Positions 44,744 through 53,575 of a DNA stretch of 64,000 nt are shown here, one piece after another. Where the stretch lies: the IMG/VR virus record IMGVR_UViG_3300026493_000002, one strand, 5' to 3'. Position numbers and translations under genes: made by a program. The notes below the pieces were generated by a model. That model was not told where the DNA came from. It saw only the letters and a program-made list of their open reading frames with translations, and did not search any database. The stretch is from a virus. Taxonomy: Duplodnaviria; Caudoviricetes. Numbering within the stretch: the first letter of the stretch is position 1; the number at the start of each line of letters is the position of its first letter.

Positions 44744-46249
44744 TTAGAACGGAATGTCGTCATCATCGTCATCATCGTCGTCCGACTTCTTCGACTTCTT
44801 GCCCTTCGACTTCTTGCCGGCCTTCTTGTCAGCCTTGCCGCCCTTGGACTTCTTCGACTTCTTGGACTTCGGTTCGTCGTCCTCGTCATCGTCGTCATCT
44901 TCGGCGTCATCATCATCGTCCTCGTCGTCGTCATCCGACTTCTTGGACTTCTTGCCGGCCTTGCCCTTCACCGGCTTCTTGGATGCCTTGCCCTTGGACT
45001 TCTTCGACTTGGGCTCGTCGTCCTCCTCGTCATCATCATCGTCATCATCATCGTCCGAGTCGTCGTCATCATCCTCGTCGGAATCATCGTCGTCCTCGTC
45101 TTCATCATCCTCGTCGTCCTCATCCTCGTCATCGTCGTCATCGTCATCCGACTTCTTCGACTTCTTGGACTTGGCCGGCGCCTTCTTGGACTTCTTCGAC
45201 TTGGGCTCGTCGTCCTCGTCCTCGTCTTCATCATCCTCGGCATCGTCGTCGTCATCGTCGTCATCGTCGTCCGACTTCTTCGACTTGCCCTTGCCCTTCG
45301 CCGGCTTGCCCTTGGACTTCTTCGACTTCTTGGACTTGGGCGAATCGTCTTCGTCCTCATCCTCGTCGTCATCGTCGTCCTGGTCATCGTCGTCATCGTC
45401 ATCCGACTTCTTCGACTTCTTACCGGCCTTCTTGTCGGGCTTGCCCTTGCCCTTTTTCTTCTTCTTGCCCAGGCTCAGACCTTCATCGTCATCGTCCTGG
45501 TCATCATCGTCATCGGTGTCCTCGGCACCGACCAGTTCCATGCGGCCCAGTTCCTTCTCCGCGGTCTTCTGATCTTCGCGACCGGCTTCGGTCAGCAGGC
45601 CGTCGTGCAGTTCGTACTGCAGGTATTCCTTTTCCTCGGACGTCAGCTTGTTGCGCTCGCCCATCTGCACCTGGTACTTGTCGGTGCCGCTGGCCTTGCT
45701 GTCGTACTTGATGGAAATGTCGCAGCCGAACTTGGGATCAGCCACGCTGTACTTCGTGACCTTGCCGTCCTTCTTGACCTTGTTCAGGTCTTTCAGGCCC
45801 TGGATCTTCTGCGCCAGCGACGACGGAAGACGTGCGACACGGACCGGAGTCCAGGTCTCGCTGCCCGGCTGCTTGAAGCCCGACTTCGCTTCCTTCTTGG
45901 TCGGCGACTTCTTCTTCGCAGGCTCGTCTTCCTGCAGGTCGCGAGCGATCACGTTGACCAGGTAGAAGTTCTCGGCGCCGATGCCTGCGCCGCAGTACGG
46001 GCACGACACGTCTTCGAGTTCGCCGTCGGTCTTGGTGTCATGGGAGACACACCACTTCGGGATCTTCACTTCCTTCTTCGACTTGGCGCCGATGATGTTG
46101 ACCCAGTGGCGCTTGCACGGCAGCACTGCCGTATCGAACATGCGGATCGGGGTCCACTTGCCGTCGTTGAACTTGAGAATGTCGATCAGCTCTTCCAGCT
46201 TCACGCTGTCGCCGCGGCCGACCTTCGGTTTGGTATCGTCGAATCTCAC
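44744..46249 (-). CDS. ssb: gp32-like single-stranded DNA-binding protein with a long alternating acidic/basic tail ending DDIPF
   Basis: Likely GTG start at 46249 with AGGAG SD; H/C Zn motif (RHW..WCVSH..CPYC), FYLVNVIAR, GCDISIKYD; C-terminus DDDDIPF. Confidence 0.75.
   Translation of the reverse strand: MRFDDTKPKVGRGDSVKLEELIDILKFNDGKWTPIRMFDTAVLPCKRHWVNIIGAKSKKEVKIPKWCVSHDTKTDGELEDVSCPYCGAGIGAENFYLVNVIARDLQEDEPAKKKSPTKKEAKSGFKQPGSETWTPVRVARLPSSLAQKIQGLKDLNKVKKDGKVTKYSVADPKFGCDISIKYDSKASGTDKYQVQMGERNKLTSEEKEYLQYELHDGLLTEAGREDQKTAEKELGRMELVGAEDTDDDDDQDDDDEGLSLGKKKKKGKGKPDKKAGKKSKKSDDDDDDDQDDDDDEDEDEDDSPKSKKSKKSKGKPAKGKGKSKKSDDDDDDDDDDAEDDEDEDEDDEPKSKKSKKAPAKSKKSKKSDDDDDDDEDEDDEDDEDEDDDDSDEDDDDDSDDDDDDDDDEEDDEPKSKKSKGKASKKPVKGKAGKKSKKSDDDDEDDDDDAEDDDDDEDDEPKSKKSKKSKGGKADKKAGKKSKGKKSKKSDDDDDDDDDIPF
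44750..45530 (-). repeat. Modular low-complexity repeats (D/E run + PKSKKSKK/KKSKKS)
   Basis: At least five alternations of poly-D/E runs and K/S-rich blocks in the SSB tail. Confidence 0.85.
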
Positions 46250-46339
46250 TATCGTTGCTCCTGGTTGGTACAATGTTCGGTGTGGTGTGAACGCTACTTG
46301 GTTTACAGTCTTTGGAATCAGGCCATTCGCAGCACGCGC

Positions 46340-47488
46340 TCAATGCGTGCGTTTGGCGTCCTTCTTCGATTTTTTCTTGACCTTCTTGCGGGCCGGAACG
46401 AACTCGATGGATCCTTCGGTGTTACGTGCAGGTACTACGCCCAGCTGTTTGCGCATCAACTCCAGCATACGACGCCGTTCCTTGTTGGAGAACACCTCGT
46501 CAATGTCGAGGTACAGGCGAGCGATGCCACGAATGTCAGCGTGCTTTGCCAGCGAACGAATGTCGTCCAGTTCCTCCGTGGCCAGCAGTTCCTCTTCTAC
46601 CGATCCGCTACCGGCAATGTACTCACCGAGCTCGGACCCGTCGTCACCCTTGCCAACCATCTTCTCCAGCGAAATGCCGAAGTTGATGTTGCGTGCCTTG
46701 TTCGACTTCTCGGCCAACGCCTTCTTCTGCAACTGCGGGATGGTGTAGGCGACACCGTATTCGTGCCCGTGATTGCTGTTGCTGGTCGTCTGCGCGTTCA
46801 ACAACCACCAGTTGATGTAGGACGTAAGTGCGCCCTTGGACGAATCGTACTTGTCCACCGCTTTGGTGATTGCCGTCAGGAAGTTCTGCCGAACGTCCTC
46901 GAAATCGAAGTTCTTGCCCTTCATCTTCACGTAGGACTTGGCCTGCTTGAAGCTGTGTTTCAGGTACTGCATCACGATGATGTTGCGGAACTGGTATGCC
47001 AGCTGCAGGTAGTCATCGGCTGACCGGATGGTATGGAACAGGTCACCGCGCGAGCAGTCCACACTCTCCTCGATGGCGAGCATCTTCCGCTCGATCTGGA
47101 GAATGGACCACTGATCGCTGGCCAACAACAACTCGTGGTAGAGGTCACAGTAGCCTTCGACCTCCTTGAGGAAATTCACCACGAAGTTGTAGATGAACCC
47201 ACGCTCCAATCGCATTTCACTGACCAGTGTAACCTTCTCGTTACGGTCATCCGCGATCAGGAACTGGCACATCTTGTCGATGGCCTCGTCCCGATCCAGA
47301 CTGGACAGCTTGCGCTTCTTGTTGCGTGCGGTGGAACTCAGCACATAGCCCACCTGCATATCGAATGCGTCCGACTCACGAACAATCGGACTCACCGCCT
47401 GCTGAATGAGCGTGTCCAGAACTTCCTGGATCTGCCCACCGGTCAGGTTGTCGGTTCGTACTTCTTTGTTGTCTGCGTCAGCTTTCAT
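46340..47488 (-). CDS. Phage RNA polymerase sigma factor (sigma70 region 2-like)
   Basis: FEDVRQNFLTAITKAVDKYDSSKGALTSYINWWL matches region 2.2-2.3; ISLEKMVG...ELGEYI region 3-like. Confidence 0.85.
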   Translation of the reverse strand: MKADADNKEVRTDNLTGGQIQEVLDTLIQQAVSPIVRESDAFDMQVGYVLSSTARNKKRKLSSLDRDEAIDKMCQFLIADDRNEKVTLVSEMRLERGFIYNFVVNFLKEVEGYCDLYHELLLASDQWSILQIERKMLAIEESVDCSRGDLFHTIRSADDYLQLAYQFRNIIVMQYLKHSFKQAKSYVKMKGKNFDFEDVRQNFLTAITKAVDKYDSSKGALTSYINWWLLNAQTTSNSNHGHEYGVAYTIPQLQKKALAEKSNKARNINFGISLEKMVGKGDDGSELGEYIAGSGSVEEELLATEELDDIRSLAKHADIRGIARLYLDIDEVFSNKERRRMLELMRKQLGVVPARNTEGSIEFVPARKKVKKKSKKDAKRTH

Positions 47489-47520
47489 AAGTTGTCCTCT
47501 TGGCGGCTGACGTTACAGGG

Positions 47521-48123
47521 TCAGTCGTTGCGCTTCTTGATGGTCATCAGCACCTGCGTGAGGTGCTTGCAGAGAATCGGATGGTTGCCCGGGTTGCGAA
47601 CCTTTGCAGGCTGCCCGTTGCTGTATCGGATGCTGGCAGCACCCCACGTCCAGAGAGCGTACTCACTGACGAAGGTGAACCATTCGCAGTCACAGCTGAC
47701 CTTGATGCGCTGTTGCGTGCTGACGTCCGGCTTGTCCTTATCGAGGCCGATCACCTTGAACTGATGAATCCGCATCGGTCGGGTGTTCATATCGCGTGCC
47801 GTGCCGATCACTGCCGGCATACCACCCTTGGTCTTCGCACGCTTGTAGCTGCGAATCACAATGTCTTCGGCACTGTTGATGAGGTAGCGTGGTTGCCGCT
47901 TGAGCAACCCCATCAACGTCAAGCCCTTTTCAGCGCGCGCCTTGTCGGGCAACTGCACTGCCTGCGGCTTGAGGTCAGTCTTCTGCGGCTTCAACGTGCG
48001 AATCTGCGCCTTACCGGGCAGAGGCTTCTGCACTGTCACCACTTCATCCACAGGCTCGCGCTTGGCGTTCTGCAAACTCGGCGGAGGACCAAGCCGTCGT
48101 TTCGATCTATCAATGATTGCCAT
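47521..48123 (-). CDS. SWIM-type zinc-finger protein
   Basis: VSCDCEWF...ILCKHL (CxC...CxH). Confidence 0.75.
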   Translation of the reverse strand: MAIIDRSKRRLGPPPSLQNAKREPVDEVVTVQKPLPGKAQIRTLKPQKTDLKPQAVQLPDKARAEKGLTLMGLLKRQPRYLINSAEDIVIRSYKRAKTKGGMPAVIGTARDMNTRPMRIHQFKVIGLDKDKPDVSTQQRIKVSCDCEWFTFVSEYALWTWGAASIRYSNGQPAKVRNPGNHPILCKHLTQVLMTIKKRND

Positions 48124-48136
48124 GGAGATTCCCTAG

Positions 48137-48742
48137 TTATCGACGGGTGATCTGTTGACTGCGTGGCGTACTCATGTAGTCTAGGGCCGCTTCATCGAGG
48201 ACGAACGGCAGAATGGAGAAGCGCACCTGCACAGCCATGTCGATACCGCGGTCGCATCCGGTGAACGTGATGTTCAACGCATCCCGATCGTATTCCAATC
48301 TGGCAACCGCCATGATGGACTCCAGCACTTCGATTGCCTGGCGCGGAACGTTGAGCAGGTCATTGCGGCATCCCGAACGGCTGACGTACTCGCTCACGGT
48401 CTGGAACAGGTCGCGGCTGTCAACCCTCGTGGTATGCACCGCTCTGAACTCCGAGACGTGCAGGAACTCACGATGTTCCGTCAGGCTGTACTCTGGAACC
48501 ATCTGCGGCCGCACACACGTACTGAGCGTAAAGCCGTTGTAGTCAGGAGCCTCCTTGAGTTCGAGGTTCCCAAGCATCAACTGCGGTACGCCCCGCACAT
48601 GGCTGAGTCCGCGCAGAACACGATCAACCATTCGGCTGCCTTCGCGACTGCGCAACCTCGTTATCAGGTCGCTGCCGCGGAGTTCAATGTCGTGGTAATA
48701 GCGGTTGGCTTCCTTCAACGCCAGAATAGCGTCCGGGTGCAT
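48137..48742 (-). CDS. Hypothetical protein
   Basis: Likely start ATG 48742 with GAGG SD and CTGTAAAC upstream. Confidence 0.75.
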   Translation of the reverse strand: MHPDAILALKEANRYYHDIELRGSDLITRLRSREGSRMVDRVLRGLSHVRGVPQLMLGNLELKEAPDYNGFTLSTCVRPQMVPEYSLTEHREFLHVSEFRAVHTTRVDSRDLFQTVSEYVSRSGCRNDLLNVPRQAIEVLESIMAVARLEYDRDALNITFTGCDRGIDMAVQVRFSILPFVLDEAALDYMSTPRSQQITRR

Positions 48743-48799
48743 TTTGTGCCTCTTGTAGACTGGTGAACTAATGTCCACGATACGGATGGTTTACAGATT

Positions 48800-49816
48800 C
48801 TATCGCAGCTTGTTCAAGCCAAGCTCTTTTTCGAGCTCCAGGAAGTATGCTGGCCGGCGCCGTGTACGCCAGTCTTTCGGCTTGTGCTTCCAGTCCTCTT
48901 CGATGGTGGCTTGCAGCAGCTTCGGCTTGAAGCATATGCCACTGCCGCCCAGCGGACACGGGCTGAACCCACTATGGTAGGCGCTAGCGATGTACTGGTC
49001 GTAGGTCTTGCACGGCTTCTCCTCGATCACCATCTGAATGTCGCGGAGCTTCTGTGCGGTCATCACCACCTCGTAGTGCTTGGCCCACTTGTCGATCTTC
49101 TGAATGATGGTGCGCTTGCTCTTCGCCGAAATGAAGTCGCCGGTCGGCAGGATGACCTTCATCGGGTTGTCGCGCGCAACGTACATGAGGATCCAGCCAC
49201 TGATGACAATGTCCAGTTCCCGTTCAAGCAAGGCACAGTAGCTCACGATCTGGGCCACGTTCTTCTTGTACGGCATGTTCTTGTACTTGTCGTTGTTCCG
49301 GATCGCACCGACCGAGGACGTCTTGTAGTCGATCAGCCAGTAGAGCCCTTCCTTGTCACGCCACACGCCATCGAGGTGACCGGTCAGGTGACGACCACGA
49401 CGAACCGTAAGCTCCTCGTAATCCATCGGGCGCTTGCACTGCGGACACACGTTGCCGTGCTGAATCTTGTCCGTGCCTGTGCATCCATTGGTGAGACACA
49501 CCCACTTGCCGAGCATCTGCCCGCCGTGACCAAGCACGTACTGGATGTAGCGGTGAGTCTGCGTTCCGACCGACGTGTAATACTTCATGCCGAACGTGAC
49601 TTCTTCCTCTTCCTCAATCTCTTCGCCGTTCAGGCGCTTGTGCAGATGCTTGAGTCCGCAGTACGGAAACGAGGACACACGGAAGCGGTCTTCCCGCTGC
49701 CGGTCGGCTTCATCTGGCGATAGGTATTCCTTGCTGTTGACCATCGAGGAGTAGTGCTTGCCGAATTCGACCAGCTTCGCCTTGAGGGCCACTTCTTTCG
49801 ATTTTGAGCCTGCCAT
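48800..49816 (-). CDS. PD-(D/E)XK exonuclease, Cas4/AddB-like
   Basis: GHLDGVW...LIDYKTS, QIVSY; N-terminal YC plus C-terminal C...CP....C; internal CxxxC..CPQC. Confidence 0.85.
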   Translation of the reverse strand: MAGSKSKEVALKAKLVEFGKHYSSMVNSKEYLSPDEADRQREDRFRVSSFPYCGLKHLHKRLNGEEIEEEEEVTFGMKYYTSVGTQTHRYIQYVLGHGGQMLGKWVCLTNGCTGTDKIQHGNVCPQCKRPMDYEELTVRRGRHLTGHLDGVWRDKEGLYWLIDYKTSSVGAIRNNDKYKNMPYKKNVAQIVSYCALLERELDIVISGWILMYVARDNPMKVILPTGDFISAKSKRTIIQKIDKWAKHYEVVMTAQKLRDIQMVIEEKPCKTYDQYIASAYHSGFSPCPLGGSGICFKPKLLQATIEEDWKHKPKDWRTRRRPAYFLELEKELGLNKLR

Positions 49817-49848
49817 TTAAGCCAATTCCTTTGAAGCTCGACACTTCG

Positions 49849-49884
49849 GTTTACAGAAAACGCCGTGCGGATACAACTGTAAAG
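49849..49884. promoter_or_regulatory. Divergent pair of CTGTAAA motifs
   Basis: Minus copy at 49849-49856 faces the nuclease; plus copy at 49877-49884 faces the primase. Confidence 0.65.
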
Positions 49885-49935
49885 AAGCCGCATAGCAGAC
49901 TTGAAATTACGAGTCCGCATCATTGGGCGCGAGAT

Positions 49936-50952
49936 ATGGCCAGAGACGAAAGTAACCGAGAAATCATCGTCCGCGAACTGGAGAAGTACCCCGGTCCGCG
50001 GAAAGCTGGATCAAATGGCTGGCTCAACGTCGTGTGTCCGTTCCACGACGATAGCAGTCCGTCACTTGGTATCCGAATTGCCGAGCCGTCGCTTGGCGTA
50101 TACAACTGCTTCTCCTGCCCAGCGAAGGGCTACTGGAACACGTTCGCCGAAAAGGTCGGGCTGGAGCAGATCAAAGACTGGAACAAGTCCGAGGACGTTG
50201 ATGCCGAAGCGGTCATCAGTGCAGGCTTGGACGACACGCTGCTCGGCAGTAAGGGTCTGACGTTCAAGCAGGTCATCAAGGGATTCCGAGTTCCAGAAGC
50301 CACGCTGTGGCCAGAGGGCATCGACTGGCGCGGATTCCCCGGGTCGTTCATGCGAAAGCTGGGCGCCCACATCGTACTCGATACCTATGCGGACAGCATC
50401 GGTGCCATTCTGCCTGTTAAGGTAGCGGGCAAGGTACGAGGCGGAGTCAAGGCCGCATTCATCAAGGACGAGAACAACAAACGCGCGCTGTCCTACATCA
50501 CGTCCAGTGGTCAGTGGGTGCAGGACTACGGCCTGTTCCCGTACGTCTACGCGCGAAGTCTGATTCGGAAGAACGACCTGGGCTTCATCGTGCTGTGCGA
50601 AGGTCCTCGCGATGCAATGCGCCTGTGCCTCAACGGAATTCCCGCAGTGGCCGTCCTCGGTGCGAAGAACATCACTCGCCGCAAGATTATCCTCGCGATG
50701 GGTGCTGGCGCCGACGTGATCTACGCGATGCCCGACAACGACAGCGGCGGTAGAGCTATGGCCAAGACCGTGAAGGCGCTGTGCAAGGAGATTGGCGTTC
50801 CGTTCAAGAGCATCAAGCTGCCGAGAGACCTAGGCGATGACGGCAAGATCATCAAGATGGATCCGGGCAACGCGCCACGTAAGATCATTCGCCAGCTGTG
50901 TCGTCATCTGCACGACAAGCATGGCCTGCCAATACCAAAGACGATCAAATAG
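49936..50952 (+). CDS. dnaG: DNA primase (CHC2 Zn finger + TOPRIM)
   Basis: CPFHDDSSPS...CFSC, VLCEGPRDA, MPDNDSGG; start ATG 49936. Confidence 0.9.
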   Translation: MARDESNREIIVRELEKYPGPRKAGSNGWLNVVCPFHDDSSPSLGIRIAEPSLGVYNCFSCPAKGYWNTFAEKVGLEQIKDWNKSEDVDAEAVISAGLDDTLLGSKGLTFKQVIKGFRVPEATLWPEGIDWRGFPGSFMRKLGAHIVLDTYADSIGAILPVKVAGKVRGGVKAAFIKDENNKRALSYITSSGQWVQDYGLFPYVYARSLIRKNDLGFIVLCEGPRDAMRLCLNGIPAVAVLGAKNITRRKIILAMGAGADVIYAMPDNDSGGRAMAKTVKALCKEIGVPFKSIKLPRDLGDDGKIIKMDPGNAPRKIIRQLCRHLHDKHGLPIPKTIK

Positions 50953-50962
50953 GGGAAGAGCG

Positions 50963-51286
50963 ATGCGTGCACCAACCACGAAGTCCATGCGTATCATCAG
51001 GGGAATTCCGTTCGTCAGCGAACAGCCCGAGTTGAAGTTCACCGTCGATCTTTCTGACGTGCCACTCAACGGACTGTCGTCTTCCGACCTGTGGAACATG
51101 ATGGTCGCCATTCTCAACATGCTCTCGGTCCACGAGGCTGATGCTCTCGACAAGCACCCGGTGTATGTGCTGCAGGAGTTGCAGAACCAGCTGGCCGTGC
51201 GTCTGGCTGGATACGACGCCGACGTTATCATATCGGTGAGCGTAGAAGATCGCACTGGTCAGATGGTCAGCGTCTACAACGTGTAA
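50963..51286 (+). CDS. Hypothetical protein
   Basis: ATG 50963 with purine-rich SD, directly after the primase. Confidence 0.7.
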   Translation: MRAPTTKSMRIIRGIPFVSEQPELKFTVDLSDVPLNGLSSSDLWNMMVAILNMLSVHEADALDKHPVYVLQELQNQLAVRLAGYDADVIISVSVEDRTGQMVSVYNV

Positions 51287-51304
51287 GCCAGTACCACGAG
51301 CAAC

Positions 51305-51347
51305 AAAAAGGCCCGGCCTCCGCAAAGAGGTACCGGGCCTTTTCTTT
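51305..51347. terminator. Bidirectional rho-independent terminator
   Basis: AAAAAGGCCCGG...CCGGGCCTTTT between convergent genes. Confidence 0.85.
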
Positions 51348-51371
51348 GTCTACGGTTCAGCCGTCAGACGG

Positions 51372-51959
51372 TTACAGTGCCTGCTCGGCAGCCCACGCCT
51401 TCACCTTGTCGTGCAGGCTGTTCTGGGCGATGTACTGGTAATCCGCCTTGGTGAACTCGTCCTCACGGTTGCGCAGTTCACGCAGCACGTTCTCTTCCGG
51501 CAGGGTCTTCTCGACCATGAGGTTGAGGACGAACGGGTTGATATCGCCGGCCGCTTCGGCCTTGACGGCTTCCAGTTCCTGGTTCTCGTCGGCAGCGCCC
51601 ACCGGAGCAATGTCGCCGACCTGGTAGATACGGGCATGCTCTTCGGCGGCATCGCCGTGCTTGAGGAACTCGATGGCCTCGGCGCTGTCGATCAGCAGGA
51701 TCAGGCGCTTGGCGACCAGGGTACGGAAGTTCGGATCTTCCAGCAGTGCGTTCTTGGTCGACTGCGTGGTCAGGTCGATCGGGATCCAGCTGATCGGCAC
51801 GCGCACGTTCACCGGACGACCACGGCCGTCGGCCACCGTCAGGTTGATGTTGCCCTTCGGGTTGGTGTTGTTCAGCACCCACACGAAGCTGCTGTTGGCG
51901 GCTTCCAGTTCGTGGATGGTGAGGCGCTTGAGTTTCAGGGCTTCCTTCTTGGACGACAT
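51372..51959 (-). CDS. Hypothetical protein
   Basis: 195 aa, AGGAG SD, strongly optimised codon usage. Confidence 0.85.
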   Translation of the reverse strand: MSSKKEALKLKRLTIHELEAANSSFVWVLNNTNPKGNINLTVADGRGRPVNVRVPISWIPIDLTTQSTKNALLEDPNFRTLVAKRLILLIDSAEAIEFLKHGDAAEEHARIYQVGDIAPVGAADENQELEAVKAEAAGDINPFVLNLMVEKTLPEENVLRELRNREDEFTKADYQYIAQNSLHDKVKAWAAEQAL

Positions 51960-52037
51960 GGTGTTGCTACTCCTTTCAGATGGGATGAAGCGAATGATGT
52001 TGGACTGCGGTGACTGTAGACTCTGGATGACTGTCGA

Positions 52038-52652
52038 TTATTTTCCCGCGCCCAGAGTGGCGATTGCCACCGAGCGGTATTCTTCCAGACGTTGCGGGAG
52101 AACGTCCAGTAGTTCATGGAGAGCGATCTGCGTGACTTCGCCGCCGGTCTTCTCCGCGAATGCCTTGTACTCACGTTCGTTCAGCAGGATCGGCCACATC
52201 CAGTTCTTGAACCGGAGACGCTTCACCTTGAGCGGGTAGGCCCGGCGCGCATCGCGCAGCACGGGATCCTTGAACGAAAGATCCACCGACATGGAGTTGC
52301 GATACTTCGAGTCGATGTGTTCCAGGTAACTGCGCAGCACGAGGATGCTCTTGACCCTGTTGATGGCCTTCTTGCGCTTCTGCGAGGCAGCGCGCGTCGA
52401 GATACCGTCCTCGTGGAACTTGAACAGGTTGAGCTCCGCATCGGAGATAACCTTGTTGCCGACCGGCGCCTGACGATCAATCGCCAAGCAACCGTTCTGC
52501 GTCTTCGACGTGTAGTTCTTGCACGTCTTGATGCCGCAGCGTTTGAAGCGATACCAACCTACGTAGACGCAGGTGTTCAAGCTCTGTTCGCCGCCATTCA
52601 CCAGCGTAATCGGGATCAGCCCGTTCGCCGTGAAGTCTGCTGCCATGTTCAT
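52038..52652 (-). CDS. Hypothetical protein with Cys cluster
   Basis: CVY..RCGIKTCKNY...GCL; ATGA-coupled to ruvC. Confidence 0.75.
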   Translation of the reverse strand: MNMAADFTANGLIPITLVNGGEQSLNTCVYVGWYRFKRCGIKTCKNYTSKTQNGCLAIDRQAPVGNKVISDAELNLFKFHEDGISTRAASQKRKKAINRVKSILVLRSYLEHIDSKYRNSMSVDLSFKDPVLRDARRAYPLKVKRLRFKNWMWPILLNEREYKAFAEKTGGEVTQIALHELLDVLPQRLEEYRSVAIATLGAGK

Positions 52653-53206
52653 CTGATATGGGCCTTGTCCAATAGTTTGCGATACTTGATAAGCTCCTTG
52701 CGTTGGCCCATGAGTTCAAACGGCTTGTTCTCCGTATAGGTGAACGCACCGTACATGCCAATGCAAGCAGCGTCGATAACATGCGCGACGAGTCTGGATT
52801 CCTTGTACAGGACTTCCAGCTTTTTCTTTTCAGATCCATGCACATTGCGGTTGAACGCATTCTTCCACTGCGAGGCAGGGATGAACCACACGTCCTCAAC
52901 GGGACACATGGCTGCTACGCCCAACATCAAGCCCACAAGCTCACCGGTGTTGCCACGGATACCACGATTCATGTAGCGTTCGGCCACGATAGCGTCCACC
53001 TTGTGGCGGCGCAGGATACCGTGCAGTTCCCCCTTGAACTTCTTGAGGTCACCACGCACGTCACCCTTCATTTCCTTGACCGTCTTCTTAATCATGCCGA
53101 CTTCCTTGATTCGGTAGTCGAACTTGCCATCAGTGCGAACCTTGATGACGCCGAACCCCATGTTCTTGGAGCCCGGATCCAGTCCGAGAATCGTTAGAGC
53201 CGACAT
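52649..53206 (-). CDS. ruvC: RuvC-like Holliday junction resolvase
   Basis: ILGLDPGSKNMGFG, AIVAER, HVIDAACIG. Confidence 0.88.
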   Translation of the reverse strand: MSALTILGLDPGSKNMGFGVIKVRTDGKFDYRIKEVGMIKKTVKEMKGDVRGDLKKFKGELHGILRRHKVDAIVAERYMNRGIRGNTGELVGLMLGVAAMCPVEDVWFIPASQWKNAFNRNVHGSEKKKLEVLYKESRLVAHVIDAACIGMYGAFTYTENKPFELMGQRKELIKYRKLLDKAHIR

Positions 53207-53269
53207 GGTTCATAGTCCGTTAGTGATTTGCTTGTCGGGAAATTAGAACCTGAAGGTGAAAATAGAAGT

Positions 53270-53458
53270 TCACCGTTTTGGGCTAGTGCCCATGTTCAAA
53301 CTGGCTCTGAATAGCCACCTGCTGACCAGCAACTGGCCTACAAGCTGCGCGAAACCGAGGAGCGTATCCGCCTGAACGAAAGACAGGGAGGCGGAGAACA
53401 GTGCAGCCGATGCAACTGTGGTAATTACCTGATGTTTATTCACCGGTCGGCCATACAT
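53270..53458 (-). CDS. Possible small hydrophobic protein
   Basis: 62 aa behind a CTGTAAAA motif; no clear SD; atypical codon usage. Confidence 0.3.
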   Translation of the reverse strand: MYGRPVNKHQVITTVASAALFSASLSFVQADTLLGFAQLVGQLLVSRWLFRASLNMGTSPKR

Positions 53459-53575
53459 TTATGGATTAATGATCGGGTTTTACAGATTTCCAAATACGAG
53501 GATAGACGCACTGGCCCTGTAAGTTTGACCTGTGTATGGTAATTTTCAACCATACGACACAGAGCGAGGTGACAC

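Noticed and set aside
2774-47023. Very long plus-strand ORFs antisense to real genes (e.g. 2774-4702, 5685-7409, 6512-8476, 27131-28732, 38143-40128, 42828-44678, 44714-47023)
   Set aside because: These are shadow frames produced by the strong G/C third-position and AAG/GAC codon bias of the minus-strand genes. They have no SD, no recognisable domains, and implausible L/V/R/G-rich composition.
48800-49816. Cas4-like gene as evidence of a CRISPR-Cas system
   Set aside because: There are no other cas genes or arrays in the window, and solo Cas4-like nucleases are common in phages.
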